Below are positions 38,135 to 47,148 of a DNA stretch of 64,000 bases, piece after piece. The notes beneath the pieces are model-generated. The model was not told the origin of the DNA and searched no databases. It worked only from the letters and a program-made list of their open reading frames with translations. The stretch lies in IMG/VR virus record IMGVR_UViG_3300022661_000054; one strand, written 5' to 3'. Position 1 is the stretch's first letter. Each line of letters opens with the position of its first letter. Position numbers and translations under genes: made by a program. The DNA comes from a virus (lineage: Duplodnaviria; Heunggongvirae; Uroviricota; Caudoviricetes).

Positions 38135-38402
38135 TACAAACACTATATCCTTTAACTTCATGGAAACCACATTTAATAAACTTATTAATATCATGAATGT
38201 AAATAGGTTTATCATAGCTCTCAATCGGGCACGCATACAATTCGTCATAAGACATTAAATTAAGTCCAGTAATACCATAACCATATGCACGCTCTCGCAT
38301 AGCAGTCGTATCCTCACAAATAAGAATACCATCTTCAGCTTTTACTCGCTCAATCAAAGTTTTAGTTTTACCAATACCTTTACCACCACTAAGAATAAAC
38401 AT
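38127..38402 (-). CDS. Small P-loop-containing protein
   Basis: GGKGIGKT at the N-terminus. Confidence 0.55.
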   Translation of the reverse strand: MFILSGGKGIGKTKTLIERVKAEDGILICEDTTAMRERAYGYGITGLNLMSYDELYACPIESYDKPIYIHDINKFIKCGFHEVKGYSVCNE

Positions 38403-38443
38403 TTTTAAATACCTTCCTTATATTTAATTTATTTTATTATGTA

Positions 38444-38884
38444 TTATTGATTTTCTATTTTGCCGCCTCTTGACATGTTTGCTACTTTTTCATTATGAAT
38501 ATCTAAGGCTTCCTTGAGAGTACACTCTTCAAAAGGCAACACCTTATAAAAGCTAGGCTGTTCTCCTATCTCTTTCAGCCATTCTTTAACAATAGGTGCG
38601 ATTCGTTCATTTAAAAGATCTAACTGTTCTCTTTTAGCGCTGTCAAGCCAACCGTCAGAAGCTTCACCGACTTCATCCCAAGCATCTTCACAAAGTCTTT
38701 CGACAATATCTTGAGCAAAGTCATAATTGACCTCATAGTTTTCAATAAGACCAAGAGCGAAAGTATCTTCTAACTTATATTCTTCCCATTGAGCTTCCTC
38801 TACACACTCTCGTATCGAGTCACACGGTCCACCCCGCCAAATTTCATCGTCACTTCTTCGCGACCAAGCATATTTGTTTGCCAT
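38444..38884 (-). CDS. Hypothetical protein
   Basis: 146-aa ORF with SD GAGG and an upstream promoter motif. Confidence 0.7.
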   Translation of the reverse strand: MANKYAWSRRSDDEIWRGGPCDSIRECVEEAQWEEYKLEDTFALGLIENYEVNYDFAQDIVERLCEDAWDEVGEASDGWLDSAKREQLDLLNERIAPIVKEWLKEIGEQPSFYKVLPFEECTLKEALDIHNEKVANMSRGGKIENQ

Positions 38885-38957
38885 ACTAACACCTCAATAA
38901 GTTATTCTATAATATAATACACTATAAAGAATGAAAAAATAAAGCTGGTTATAAAAA

Positions 38958-39290
38958 TTAACCAGCTTTTTCTACTAAATAATCGTATAAAGCTTCAGGA
39001 GTAGTGAGGTCTTTTTCATATTTTACTCCATCAGCTTCACACCAGATCTTCTTATCAACATTTTCCCAAAGCCACCAACTAATTACTGAACCATATTTTC
39101 TATTAGGCAAATCATTCATGCCGAACTCAAGAACTTTTATTAGCTGGTCTAGCCACTCCTGCCCTACATTACAAATAAAAAACGAATCACAAACTTCAGT
39201 TACAGCTTTTTCAAACTTTGAACGGCGTTTATAGCCGTCTTTAATCTTATTTAAAGTCTCGATAAAAACTTCTTTACTAAAAGCAACCAT
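38958..39290 (-). CDS. Hypothetical protein
   Basis: ISWWLWE...TPEALYDYL, a common phage family pattern. Confidence 0.65.
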   Translation of the reverse strand: MVAFSKEVFIETLNKIKDGYKRRSKFEKAVTEVCDSFFICNVGQEWLDQLIKVLEFGMNDLPNRKYGSVISWWLWENVDKKIWCEADGVKYEKDLTTPEALYDYLVEKAG

Positions 39291-39291
39291 G

Positions 39292-40083
39292 TTAATTATC
39301 GCCTCCAATAAAATTATCATCTAAAACTAGTACGTTAACTTCACCAGTATGTGCAGTACAGCGATCAATGCCGATGATTCCTTGAGATTCGTTAAAGTAC
39401 GGATCCCACTTGGCATCATCACCAAACTCTGATAGCTCACCTTGACTATCGCATAAATGACCTAAAGAACAATGCCAATGTCCGAATACGATTGTCTTAC
39501 CGGTTTTGTTCATACCGTCTTGTGCTTTCCAGAAAGGATTACCCCACATAGCTTCTTCCCACTCTACCTCGGAAGCATTACGCCAGTTCTCATTGTATTC
39601 GTAGTATTTTCCAACCTGGTGCCAAGGCTTACTAGCACCTTTATCATAATGAGTAATAGTAGGAATCCAACTATGAACAAAAATATACTTTTCAGTTTCA
39701 AAATAGTTTACAAGTAGGTCGCGATACGCTGCCGTTTTATTCAAAGCTGTATCACAGCACTTAGCAAAATCCGCCGGAAGAGGACTTCCACCGAGGTCTT
39801 GAACAGTTCTTACAGTGCCATTAGACTTATCGTGGCTATATGGAAAACATCTTGCGCAAAGATCGTCAAAAAGTAGGTCATGATTACCTTTTACTAGAAT
39901 CTTTCGCTCAAGCGACATTAAATAGTGCAACAATTCAATACTATTAGGACCCCTATCAAAGCAATCGCCGCACGAAATCAGCCAGTGTTCTTCGTTATTA
40001 GGGTCAAAACCTGCTCTGTCTAAAGCATTTTTAAGTGGTTCTAAGAAACTGTGAATATCAGAAACAACAAAAAGCTTAGGCAT
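39292..40083 (-). CDS. Calcineurin-like metallophosphoesterase
   Basis: SDIHS, GDCFDRG, GNHD, FVHS, FGHWH, IDRC. Confidence 0.9.
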   Translation of the reverse strand: MPKLFVVSDIHSFLEPLKNALDRAGFDPNNEEHWLISCGDCFDRGPNSIELLHYLMSLERKILVKGNHDLLFDDLCARCFPYSHDKSNGTVRTVQDLGGSPLPADFAKCCDTALNKTAAYRDLLVNYFETEKYIFVHSWIPTITHYDKGASKPWHQVGKYYEYNENWRNASEVEWEEAMWGNPFWKAQDGMNKTGKTIVFGHWHCSLGHLCDSQGELSEFGDDAKWDPYFNESQGIIGIDRCTAHTGEVNVLVLDDNFIGGDN

Positions 40084-40938
40084 TTATTTATCTCCTTCTG
40101 AGTAAACCCACCGTTCAATGTAGTATCTATCTTGAGTAAAAATGGGAATTTCTTTATCGATTACCCATTCACTTCTCATACAGCGAGTCTCTTCTTTTGT
40201 TTTAAAATCAATACAAATATCTTCTTTTTCTACACGATTACAGCAGACACCACGTTTAAACTCAGTAGGCATATCATTAAAATTGATACCTCTCTGAGTC
40301 ATTAACATATCTTGAATGTCATTGCAAGACTTACCGTGTAGTTCCTTATGAGAGAAGTTGCACTGACCAAGCATCTGAATTGCGTTGCGAGTAGCATCCT
40401 GCTGACGCCAGATGAAGCAGTTGGTAACTTCTTCTTTAGGAATGTTAAAACAGCGAGAATCAAACATTGCACCATTGTCAATAGCCTTCTTTAATGTATT
40501 AGCATATTTCTCAACATCTTCTTCCCAATAATGGTTTACCCATACATCAGACTGTAAATAATTATCAATTAATTCTCTAAGATACTTATTGAAAACCATT
40601 GTTGCCATGCTTGCTGACACGCTGCACATTTTCTGCACATTATAACCAAACCAAGCATCGGTATCAAGAGTGTCATAGTCTGTGAGAAGAAGAGTGATTT
40701 CGTCTGACTGTGTATAACCAAGCTTACAACCCTGGATATTCTCACAGAGATACTTCATAGTCGCATTCATAGTATTGTGGAAAATCTCGTCATAAGGCCT
40801 CTTAAGACCTTTAGTGAAGGTGTGGAAAGCTTTGCCGTCAAGTCTAATGATTACAGGAACTCGTCTAGGTAGATAATGTTTACTCCTATTTTCATAGAAT
40901 TCTTTCATTCTATCACCAAGTGCATCTTTAGTACTCAT
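40084..40938 (-). CDS. Thg1-like 3'-5' nucleotidyltransferase (tRNA-His guanylyltransferase family)
   Basis: IIRLDGKAFHTFTK...KPYD-like, GYTQSDEITL, FDSRCF, WRQQDATRN. Confidence 0.9.
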   Translation of the reverse strand: MSTKDALGDRMKEFYENRSKHYLPRRVPVIIRLDGKAFHTFTKGLKRPYDEIFHNTMNATMKYLCENIQGCKLGYTQSDEITLLLTDYDTLDTDAWFGYNVQKMCSVSASMATMVFNKYLRELIDNYLQSDVWVNHYWEEDVEKYANTLKKAIDNGAMFDSRCFNIPKEEVTNCFIWRQQDATRNAIQMLGQCNFSHKELHGKSCNDIQDMLMTQRGINFNDMPTEFKRGVCCNRVEKEDICIDFKTKEETRCMRSEWVIDKEIPIFTQDRYYIERWVYSEGDK

Positions 40939-41479
40939 ATTTTATACCTCCTGCTAGTATGCTTAATACAGTCTTAACTGCATAGTCATAACCTTCATTA
41001 TCGCCGTTAATTTCAAAATAATCAATACCAAGACCTTTATATAAATCTTTAATGCGGACACTTATACGATCACTTTCTTCTTCTGTCTGATTTCGGCCTT
41101 TAGGGTTGTAAGGTTTAACTCTGTTAATAAAGAAATTAATATTTTCATATGTATTATAAACATCCATGACTAACCTTGGATAAGACTCAGTTATTGCAGG
41201 ATTAGTATTATAAATAATACTAAGAGGAAGCGGGCTATCAGTCACAATCACATCGACATCATCTCGGCATCTACGTAATCTATAAGACTGTTTACCAAAC
41301 ACATATTCTTGACAACCTAGAGCCATAATATTATGCTCCCAGGTCTTATCTTTAGCAAATTCTGTTACAAGTTCTGCATTAACACCAGCTTTTTTAAGCT
41401 CTGCAAAAATAGTTGCTGCACCAGTGCTTTTTCCAGCACCTGGAGCTCCTGTTAAATTAACAACTAATGGTTTTTTCAT
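40928..41479 (-). CDS. P-loop kinase/ATPase (AAA_28/NadR-like)
   Basis: GAPGAGKST, VTEFAKD, VTDSPL, GRNQTEEES. Confidence 0.75.
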   Translation of the reverse strand: MKKPLVVNLTGAPGAGKSTGAATIFAELKKAGVNAELVTEFAKDKTWEHNIMALGCQEYVFGKQSYRLRRCRDDVDVIVTDSPLPLSIIYNTNPAITESYPRLVMDVYNTYENINFFINRVKPYNPKGRNQTEEESDRISVRIKDLYKGLGIDYFEINGDNEGYDYAVKTVLSILAGGIKYEY

Positions 41480-41644
41480 TTTAAATTCTCCCATACATAA
41501 TCGATAAAGATATTCCAATTCATCATTACTTGATCATAAACTTTTACTATAATATCATACAATAAAAAAAAGAAAGTTACTTATATCTAAGTAACTTTCT
41601 TAAAAAAAATCCTTGCAAAATAAACAAAGGAGGTACACCTTATA

Positions 41645-42290
41645 CATTCAAAGATAAATATAATACATTCCTAGGCCTTCGCCTTACCACTTGTTATATT
41701 CAAGTACATTCGGTCACATAGATGACAAGTCTGAGCTTCGGGGAGCGACCCCTAACTTCTTGCCACGAAATCTGGGTACTTGGTTAACGGCCAAGCCCTG
41801 GACTACATAAACTATGACAGGATTGATTACCTGCACCCCTCACCGTCTATTCAGAAAAAATTAATATCAGTATTCCTAATTATATACTAGCATTAATTCT
41901 TTGTTAATTGTCTTCGGCTACTAGGAGGTTACTTGAATCTCTTATACCCACATTTCTATGGTTCACGACAAATGAGATTATTGGCATTTCCAAGGTGTAA
42001 TACAGTCACCAACTAAACCCTAACTTGGATTCGGCTCAGCTATTAACCAAGCTTTCTATTACTCTCACGAGACTCTTCCTACCATTACTTGCTATAACAT
42101 CAGCACATACAACATATGTTTCGGGTCCTACCCTTAACTCATATACTCGCATATATAAGTAGCGCGGTTTCCGAGGTATCCCTCTTATGTTACCATCACA
42201 CATTGTTCAGCTTTCGCTTAGTTGCATTCTCAGCACAAGAAGCGTGTCTTGTGTTTAGCACTGAGTTAGTAATTATATTTATCTTTCAAG
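41645..42290 (-). ncRNA. Large structured ncRNA, ROOL-like (GOLLD not excluded)
   Basis: ~640-nt ORF-free region closed by a perfect 15-bp helix (41650-41664 with 42272-42286); own promoter at ~42310; many hairpins; 3' motifs GGGGUCGCUCCCC and CUCAGACUUGUC recalled from large phage ncRNAs; next to the tRNA array. Confidence 0.6.
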
Positions 42291-42304
42291 GTACAAATTG
42301 TTGA

Positions 42305-42345
42305 TATTATATTATACAATATGTTTTTTAAAATTTTAATTTAAT
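42305..42345 (-). promoter_or_regulatory. Sigma-A-like promoter (ATTGTATAAT -10) upstream of the large ncRNA; representative of a recurring motif
   Basis: Same (T/C)GTAT(A/T)ATA motif near 1208, 2570, 4570, 10170, 25921, 29035, 47864, 48306, 49310, 51628, 52497, 54988. Confidence 0.55.
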
Positions 42346-42369
42346 TTTAAAAAATATTTAAAAACCTTT

Positions 42370-42445
42370 TGGTGGACCCAGCGAGGGTCGAACTCGCGAC
42401 CTCTAGTTTGCAGGACTAGTGCTCTCCCAATTGAGCTATGGGCCC
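42370..42445 (-). tRNA. tRNA-Ala(UGC)
   Basis: Cloverleaf, G3:U70, encoded CCA; loop CC-UGC-AA (C at 33). Confidence 0.9.
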
Positions 42446-42518
42446 ATATCTTAGCCCTGGGTTAATTACGTCCAGAACTAAAACACATTTGCAAATCTTT
42501 GTGCTTGTTAACAGCACT

Positions 42519-42564
42519 CGGTGCCCGCGGTAGGATTCGAACCCACTCAACGCCATAACGGGCA
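42519..42564 (-). ncRNA. tRNA top-half minihelix (acceptor + T arm only)
   Basis: TGCCCGT-11 nt-GTGGG TTCGAAT CCTAC-C-GCGGGCA-CCG. Confidence 0.55.
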
Positions 42565-42673
42565 TATATAAATATGACTGACTCGGCCGGTTAGGAAACT
42601 GTACACCGCAAGTTCTTTAGCTATCACTTTTCGCCTCGCTACCTAAGCATTAACGCCAGTCATATTCAACAAA

Positions 42674-43345
42674 TTAATCTTTCAAGTATCTCCATATAAA
42701 GCCATAAGCAGTTTTTCGTTTACCTTTGCAAACCTCTAGAATGTGAGCTCTAATTGCGCCGCCTTTAGCATCAGAAATACCACTATCTCGAATCCACTGC
42801 TCAGCTTCATAAGAATTAGTAACACTATGAATTAAATTATTTTTTAAATCATAAATATTTATTGGTTTACTATAAAGCTCTTTTACTAAATCCGGGCTAG
42901 ACTTAACTTGAATATTAGCAGCTTTAGCAATATCGATAATTGTGTCTTTTGTGCACTTAAAAACTTCTGCAGCATCCTTAACACAATTATTATTACGTAA
43001 ATACTGAATAATCGCGCGTCTATCATAAAGCATCTTGCTTCCGCCACCCAAAGTAGCGTTATAACCAGGACCAAGCGGATCTTTACAAAAAGTATGAAAT
43101 TTCGTAATCCAATAAATTTCTCGGTCATTTAAAAGCTCTGGATCATCAGCTAGTTCTTCAACAACTTCTATAGTAAAAGCTGAATAACCATACTTTAACA
43201 TAGCTTTGTACAGAGGTCTTTTACTGTGACCAGTTCTAGCGCTGTCTTTTAAATGCTCTGCAAACCTTTTTTCTAATGAATAAAGTGTTTGACCTATGTA
43301 AGCCTTGCCATTAAGATTATTTGTAATTTTATAAATATAAGCCAT
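42674..43345 (-). CDS. Free-standing GIY-YIG homing endonuclease (Seg-like, NUMOD1-type C-terminus)
   Basis: MAYIYKITN...YIGQT...RFAEH...LNDREIYWI...GYNATLGG; C-terminal ILEVCKGKRKTAYGFIWRY. Confidence 0.9.
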   Translation of the reverse strand: MAYIYKITNNLNGKAYIGQTLYSLEKRFAEHLKDSARTGHSKRPLYKAMLKYGYSAFTIEVVEELADDPELLNDREIYWITKFHTFCKDPLGPGYNATLGGGSKMLYDRRAIIQYLRNNNCVKDAAEVFKCTKDTIIDIAKAANIQVKSSPDLVKELYSKPINIYDLKNNLIHSVTNSYEAEQWIRDSGISDAKGGAIRAHILEVCKGKRKTAYGFIWRYLKD

Positions 43346-43463
43346 AAGAATCACCTAGTTAGTAACTTAGTAGCAGCTGCATTACTAACTAGGTTACTTA
43401 TTTATTGGACAATTCAGTTTAATTAACAACTCACACCACGTGAAGGTATGTCCATTGTGAGTC

Positions 43464-43536
43464 AGCTGGTTGACGGACTTGAACCCCCGACCTGCTCATT
43501 ACAAGTGAGCTGCTCTACCAACTGAGCTAAACCAGC
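43464..43536 (-). tRNA. tRNA-Thr(UGU)
   Basis: Cloverleaf, loop CU-UGU-AA; no encoded CCA; one T-stem mismatch. Confidence 0.85.
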
Positions 43537-43745
43537 ATATAAGAGGGACTGTTATGCAGGTCTCAACCCTCGCCTACACCATGATTAAAAAGAGCTCATG
43601 ATTGCTTCTTATAAACACGATTCGTTTCGAGTTTTAACCGGGTCAAAACGCTTCGTAGATAAGTCTACCGTACCTCTAAGCTCCCGCATATTTTCTAAAT
43701 GTTTATTTGTATAAGGTCGTATGAAAATACCTAACAGTAGACCTT

Positions 43746-43890
43746 TGGCGACTCCGATCGGGATCGAACCGACGACCTCCTGCGTGTGGAGCCTTATACT
43801 AGTCTTGCACTAGCATCTCTTTATAAGAGTGTTTTACTATTAAACTAATAAAGCACAGGCAGGCGTTCTAACCATCTGAACTACGGAGCC
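43746..43890 (-). tRNA. tRNA-Asp(GUC) interrupted in the anticodon by a nested tRNA-like element
   Basis: GGCTCCG/CGGAGTC G CCA; anticodon stem CCTGC/GCAGG; loop CTGT|C AC after removing 43787-43854. Confidence 0.8.
43787..43854 (-). ncRNA. Nested tRNA-like element (68 nt, CCA end)
   Basis: GCTTTAT/ATAAGGC T CCA acceptor; D-like GTTT..AAAC; stunted CTCTT-ATA-AAGAG; T arm GCTAG TGCAAGA CTAGT. Confidence 0.75.
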
Positions 43891-44121
43891 ATATGGTAGC
43901 ATGGCTGAGTTTTTTAAGGTTACCTCAAGCGTTGCTAACTGTTCATCCTATCTATATTAAACCTCTCATTCCTCAACCAAAGTTCTTACTCTTGGAATGT
44001 TGACCCGCTCACACCTTGGTGAAACGATTGATGCATCAATTTGTCTTCTGTTATAGGTCGATTACCGTAGCCTTGGATTGCATAGATAATGCGCATTAAT
44101 GCTATAACAAAGAAGCTTAAA

Positions 44122-44208
44122 AGACAAATACTAGACTCGAACTAGTTCCTGACAATCCAATCCCGTTGATAGGGCATTCTGTCTTATGCTACCTTACACC
44201 AATTTGCC
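44122..44208 (-). ncRNA. tRNA-like element with expanded anticodon loop
   Basis: GGCAAAT/ATTTGTC acceptor, D arm GTG..CAT, T arm ACTAG TTCGAGT CTAGT; GACA/TGTC stem encloses ~25 nt; no CCA. Confidence 0.55.
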
Positions 44209-44352
44209 ATATAGCTACAGTGCATTGCCGATGCTTTGTATCACATTGCTGTAGTACCAACGCTTAGTTCGCATAACTTCCTGCGAACTGCCGTTACGCT
44301 CATTTACCGCTGAGCCGTGCGTACTTGTGTTGGCAAGGTACAAGCGAACCTT

Positions 44353-44427
44353 TGGAGGCGGGGGAAGGATTCGAACCTTCGACACCTGACTTATGAGGAC
44401 AGTGAGCTACCTCTGCTCTACCCCGCG
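44353..44427 (-). tRNA. tRNA-Met(CAU), initiator-like body
   Basis: CGCGGGG with C1:C72 mismatch, GAGC/GCTC D stem, loop CU-CAU-AA, CCA; lacks the 3 G:C anticodon-stem pairs. Confidence 0.8.
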
Positions 44428-44987
44428 ATATATTTTATAATGTAGTTTATTCTCTTACCCTTTTATTTCACTACTTGCCTGCTTATCCACAGTAATATAA
44501 ATTACCTGATACGAGTTTCTCAAGGGTACAGGCTATAACTGATTTTATCGTTGTCTGCCAACTATCTTATTCCTTAATAAGCAAATTTGGGAGCATTTAT
44601 CGTTTGCCCAAACATTTTAGTCTTTACACCAAAATTCTATGTTTCAGATTACCACATTGTCAGCACAATGACCATTAAGGATTTTGTTAAGGGATATGTT
44701 CCCTTACTCGATGGACCAGGGTCTTTCAACCAGCCCTATCAAATAGGTGAACTCGCACAACAGTTCACAGTAGATATCACCACATAGACATCTTTACCTC
44801 ACATAGTTAACACTATGATTTTTGATAAAGCGGTAACCAGCCACACCCATGCTTCCTTCACTACTTAACTTCTGGTTTCATAGCTCGCATGTGCCCTTAC
44901 TATTTGATATTTGTGGGGCTTTATACCCACTCGTTTCTTAAAACGACAAGCACATAGTTATTCAACGGTAACTCTACGAAACCCACC

Positions 44988-45063
44988 TGGCTCCTCGTGG
45001 TGGACTCGAACCACCGACATACGGATTAACAGTCCGCCGTTCTACCTACTGGACTAACGAGGA
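44988..45063 (-). tRNA. tRNA-Asn(GUU)
   Basis: Cloverleaf TCCTCGT/ACGAGGA G CCA, loop CU-GUU-AA. Confidence 0.93.
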
Positions 45064-45170
45064 ATATAAAATCAATTACAAAAATACAAGCAGTGCAAGC
45101 ACCGGTTGTCTAAAACTTCATTGACATTGTTTTATGCTGCAATATAATTTAGCTAATAAAATAAACTAAA

Positions 45171-45296
45171 TTATTTATTTTTCGCTAACTCTTTACGAAG
45201 CTGTCTCTGAAGCTTTTTAATAATGCTGTTATTATCTCGATCACGACCTGACAAAAGTGCAATACGATTTTCAAAATACTGTGCGTCTCTAGTCAT
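45171..45296 (-). CDS. Small basic hypothetical protein (41 aa)
   Basis: MTRDAQYFENRIALL... with SD GGAG; the longer track ORF reads through tRNA-Ser. Confidence 0.5.
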   Translation of the reverse strand: MTRDAQYFENRIALLSGRDRDNNSIIKKLQRQLRKELAKNK

Positions 45297-45322
45297 AAAA
45301 ACAACTCCCTTAAATTTAATCG

Positions 45323-45411
45323 TGGCGGAGAGGGTGGGATTCGAACCCACGGACCCTTTCGGGTCGACGGTTTTCAAGACCGTTCCGTTATAACCACTTC
45401 GGTACCTCTCC
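45323..45411 (-). tRNA. tRNA-Ser(UGA)
   Basis: Class II cloverleaf with GACCC-GAAA-GGGTC variable arm, G73, CCA. Confidence 0.95.
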
Positions 45412-45523
45412 ATATATTTAAAAGGCTTCTCACCTATTTGGTATATCCGGTATACTTTCAACCGGCTATGTCGATATATACTTACCGCTATTTACCACCC
45501 ATACAATAGTAGGTTTATGTATT

Positions 45524-45856
45524 TTAAAGCTCCGACTTTTCGTCTACAAATAAGTTATCATAGAGCTTTTTAACATCCTGCTCAAACTGATTAAACTTCT
45601 TATCGAGACTCTTATAGTAGTTTTTCAATAGTTTATCTTTAACTACCTGTTTACCAACCTCAACATCGAACTCATCATCAGGATGACATACAGTAGAAGA
45701 CTTAAAACTTGTTGGCATTAAGTAGCTAGTCCAAGTACAACCAAGTGAAGTACCTTCTAATTTCTTTTGAATAGCAAGAACTGCATCAAATTCTGTATTT
45801 TCCAAAATACCTACAGTCATTTTCTTTTCTGGAATAGTAATATACTTAATAGCCAT
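45524..45856 (-). CDS. Hypothetical protein
   Basis: 110 aa; CHPDDEFDVEVGK motif common in phage proteins; SD GGAG. Confidence 0.7.
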   Translation of the reverse strand: MAIKYITIPEKKMTVGILENTEFDAVLAIQKKLEGTSLGCTWTSYLMPTSFKSSTVCHPDDEFDVEVGKQVVKDKLLKNYYKSLDKKFNQFEQDVKKLYDNLFVDEKSEL

Positions 45857-45890
45857 TTTTAATTCTCCATTGTTTCTTTAGTATAAATTA

Positions 45891-45977
45891 TGGTGCACCT
45901 GGTGGGACTCGAACCCACAAGACCTTTCGATCACTACCCCCTCAAGATAGCGCGTTTGCCAATTTCGCCACAAGTGC
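45891..45977 (-). tRNA. tRNA-Leu(GAG)
   Basis: Class II cloverleaf, loop UU-GAG-GG, A73, CCA. Confidence 0.9.
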
Positions 45978-46208
45978 GTATAAATAATACTTTTACATAA
46001 TAGAATAAATTCCATCCAGGTTCATAGCCTTTCATACCAGACTACCGTAGTTTCCTTAACGGTCGAACCGTTAAATTTTTAAGGTCTCGCATAATGCCAG
46101 TAGCACGTCATTACAGCTGATTACGTCACTAAAACCTATTCTGTTATGTCATTTTCATTCTTTTTGAGGGCAAGCAAACCGCTCAAATCAGTAGGAGCTA
46201 CCTACAAG

Positions 46209-46285
46209 TGGAGCAACACACGAGACTCGAACTCGTACCATCTGCTTGGAAGGCAGAGATGCTAGCCATTAAACACCAGTGCTGC
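46209..46285 (-). tRNA. tRNA-Gly(UCC)
   Basis: Loop CU-UCC-AA, U73, CCA. Confidence 0.93.
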
Positions 46286-46548
46286 ATGTTATACAGTGTT
46301 GACCCCGATAGCTCTCACAGCTAAAAGTCACTCCACACACTGGGCTACCACTAATTGCGGCTTCTTTACTGACTCGTAGGCACTGTACATATAAATAGGT
46401 TAAGGATTCCCTAGAACCACACATCTCGCCTCTCTTGACCTGCTTTCAACTACTAATAACGTTTTCAATCTATATGCGCAGCAAGATTTACTTAGTAATT
46501 ACTTTCATTTAAGCACTAGGGCTGGCGGACATTTGCTCTCTGCCCTTC

Positions 46549-46624
46549 TGGTCTAAGTGACAGGACTCGAACCTGCGGCATCTTGATCCCAAATCAAGCA
46601 TTCTACCAACTGAATTACACCTAG
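46549..46624 (-). tRNA. tRNA-Pro(UGG)
   Basis: Loop UU-UGG-GA, CCA. Confidence 0.93.
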
Positions 46625-46732
46625 ATTTTTGGCGAAGTTAAGGTCCCTCAACCGCGAATCTCGTTACGATAATAATCTAAGCCGGCTGATTACTACCTCT
46701 GACCCAACGACTATTTGCTACAAACGGCAACG

Positions 46733-46818
46733 TGGTGGAAAGAGATGGAGTCGAACCACCCGAGCCTGAGGCAACAGATTTACAGTCTGCCCCGCTACCA
46801 CTTACGGTATATCTTTCC
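46733..46818 (-). tRNA. tRNA-Tyr(GUA)
   Basis: Loop CU-GUA-AA, long variable arm, A73, CCA; slightly atypical D region. Confidence 0.88.
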
Positions 46819-46831
46819 ATATAAAATAAAA

Positions 46832-46937
46832 CAGATGAGGTTGGAGTTGCACCAACGAAACTGTATAACCCACATGTATACTAAGGTTAATCAGTAGAGA
46901 TTACGGTCCCTTACTTTGACTTCTTGTATACTCATCT
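46832..46937 (-). ncRNA. tRNA-like element with non-canonical expanded core
   Basis: Perfect acceptor AGATGAG/CTCATCT stacked on T arm GTTGG TGCAACT CCAAC; ~75-nt middle has no normal D or anticodon arm. Confidence 0.5.
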
Positions 46938-47148
46938 AAAAAATTAATTTACAGGACCGGTTTCCTTATCCTATTTTCGGAAGTAAATTAATTCCGCTAC
47001 TTACACTTTAGATTAAGTTATTGACCCCAAACTTAGATGAACAAGCAGTAAGAACTATAAGGGGGAAAGTTTTATAGATAAATCACTTTCAAAACTCTCC
47101 ACTTTCGTAGGAACACGTGGTAGCCTTGTACAGAGGGGCTCAACCTCT

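Noticed and set aside
43894-43938. CCA-ended hairpin UAGCA...UGCUA-CCA immediately upstream of tRNA-Asp
   Set aside because: Only a 5-bp closing stem with no T-loop signature, and the CCA overlaps the AT leader of the next tRNA; may be chance.
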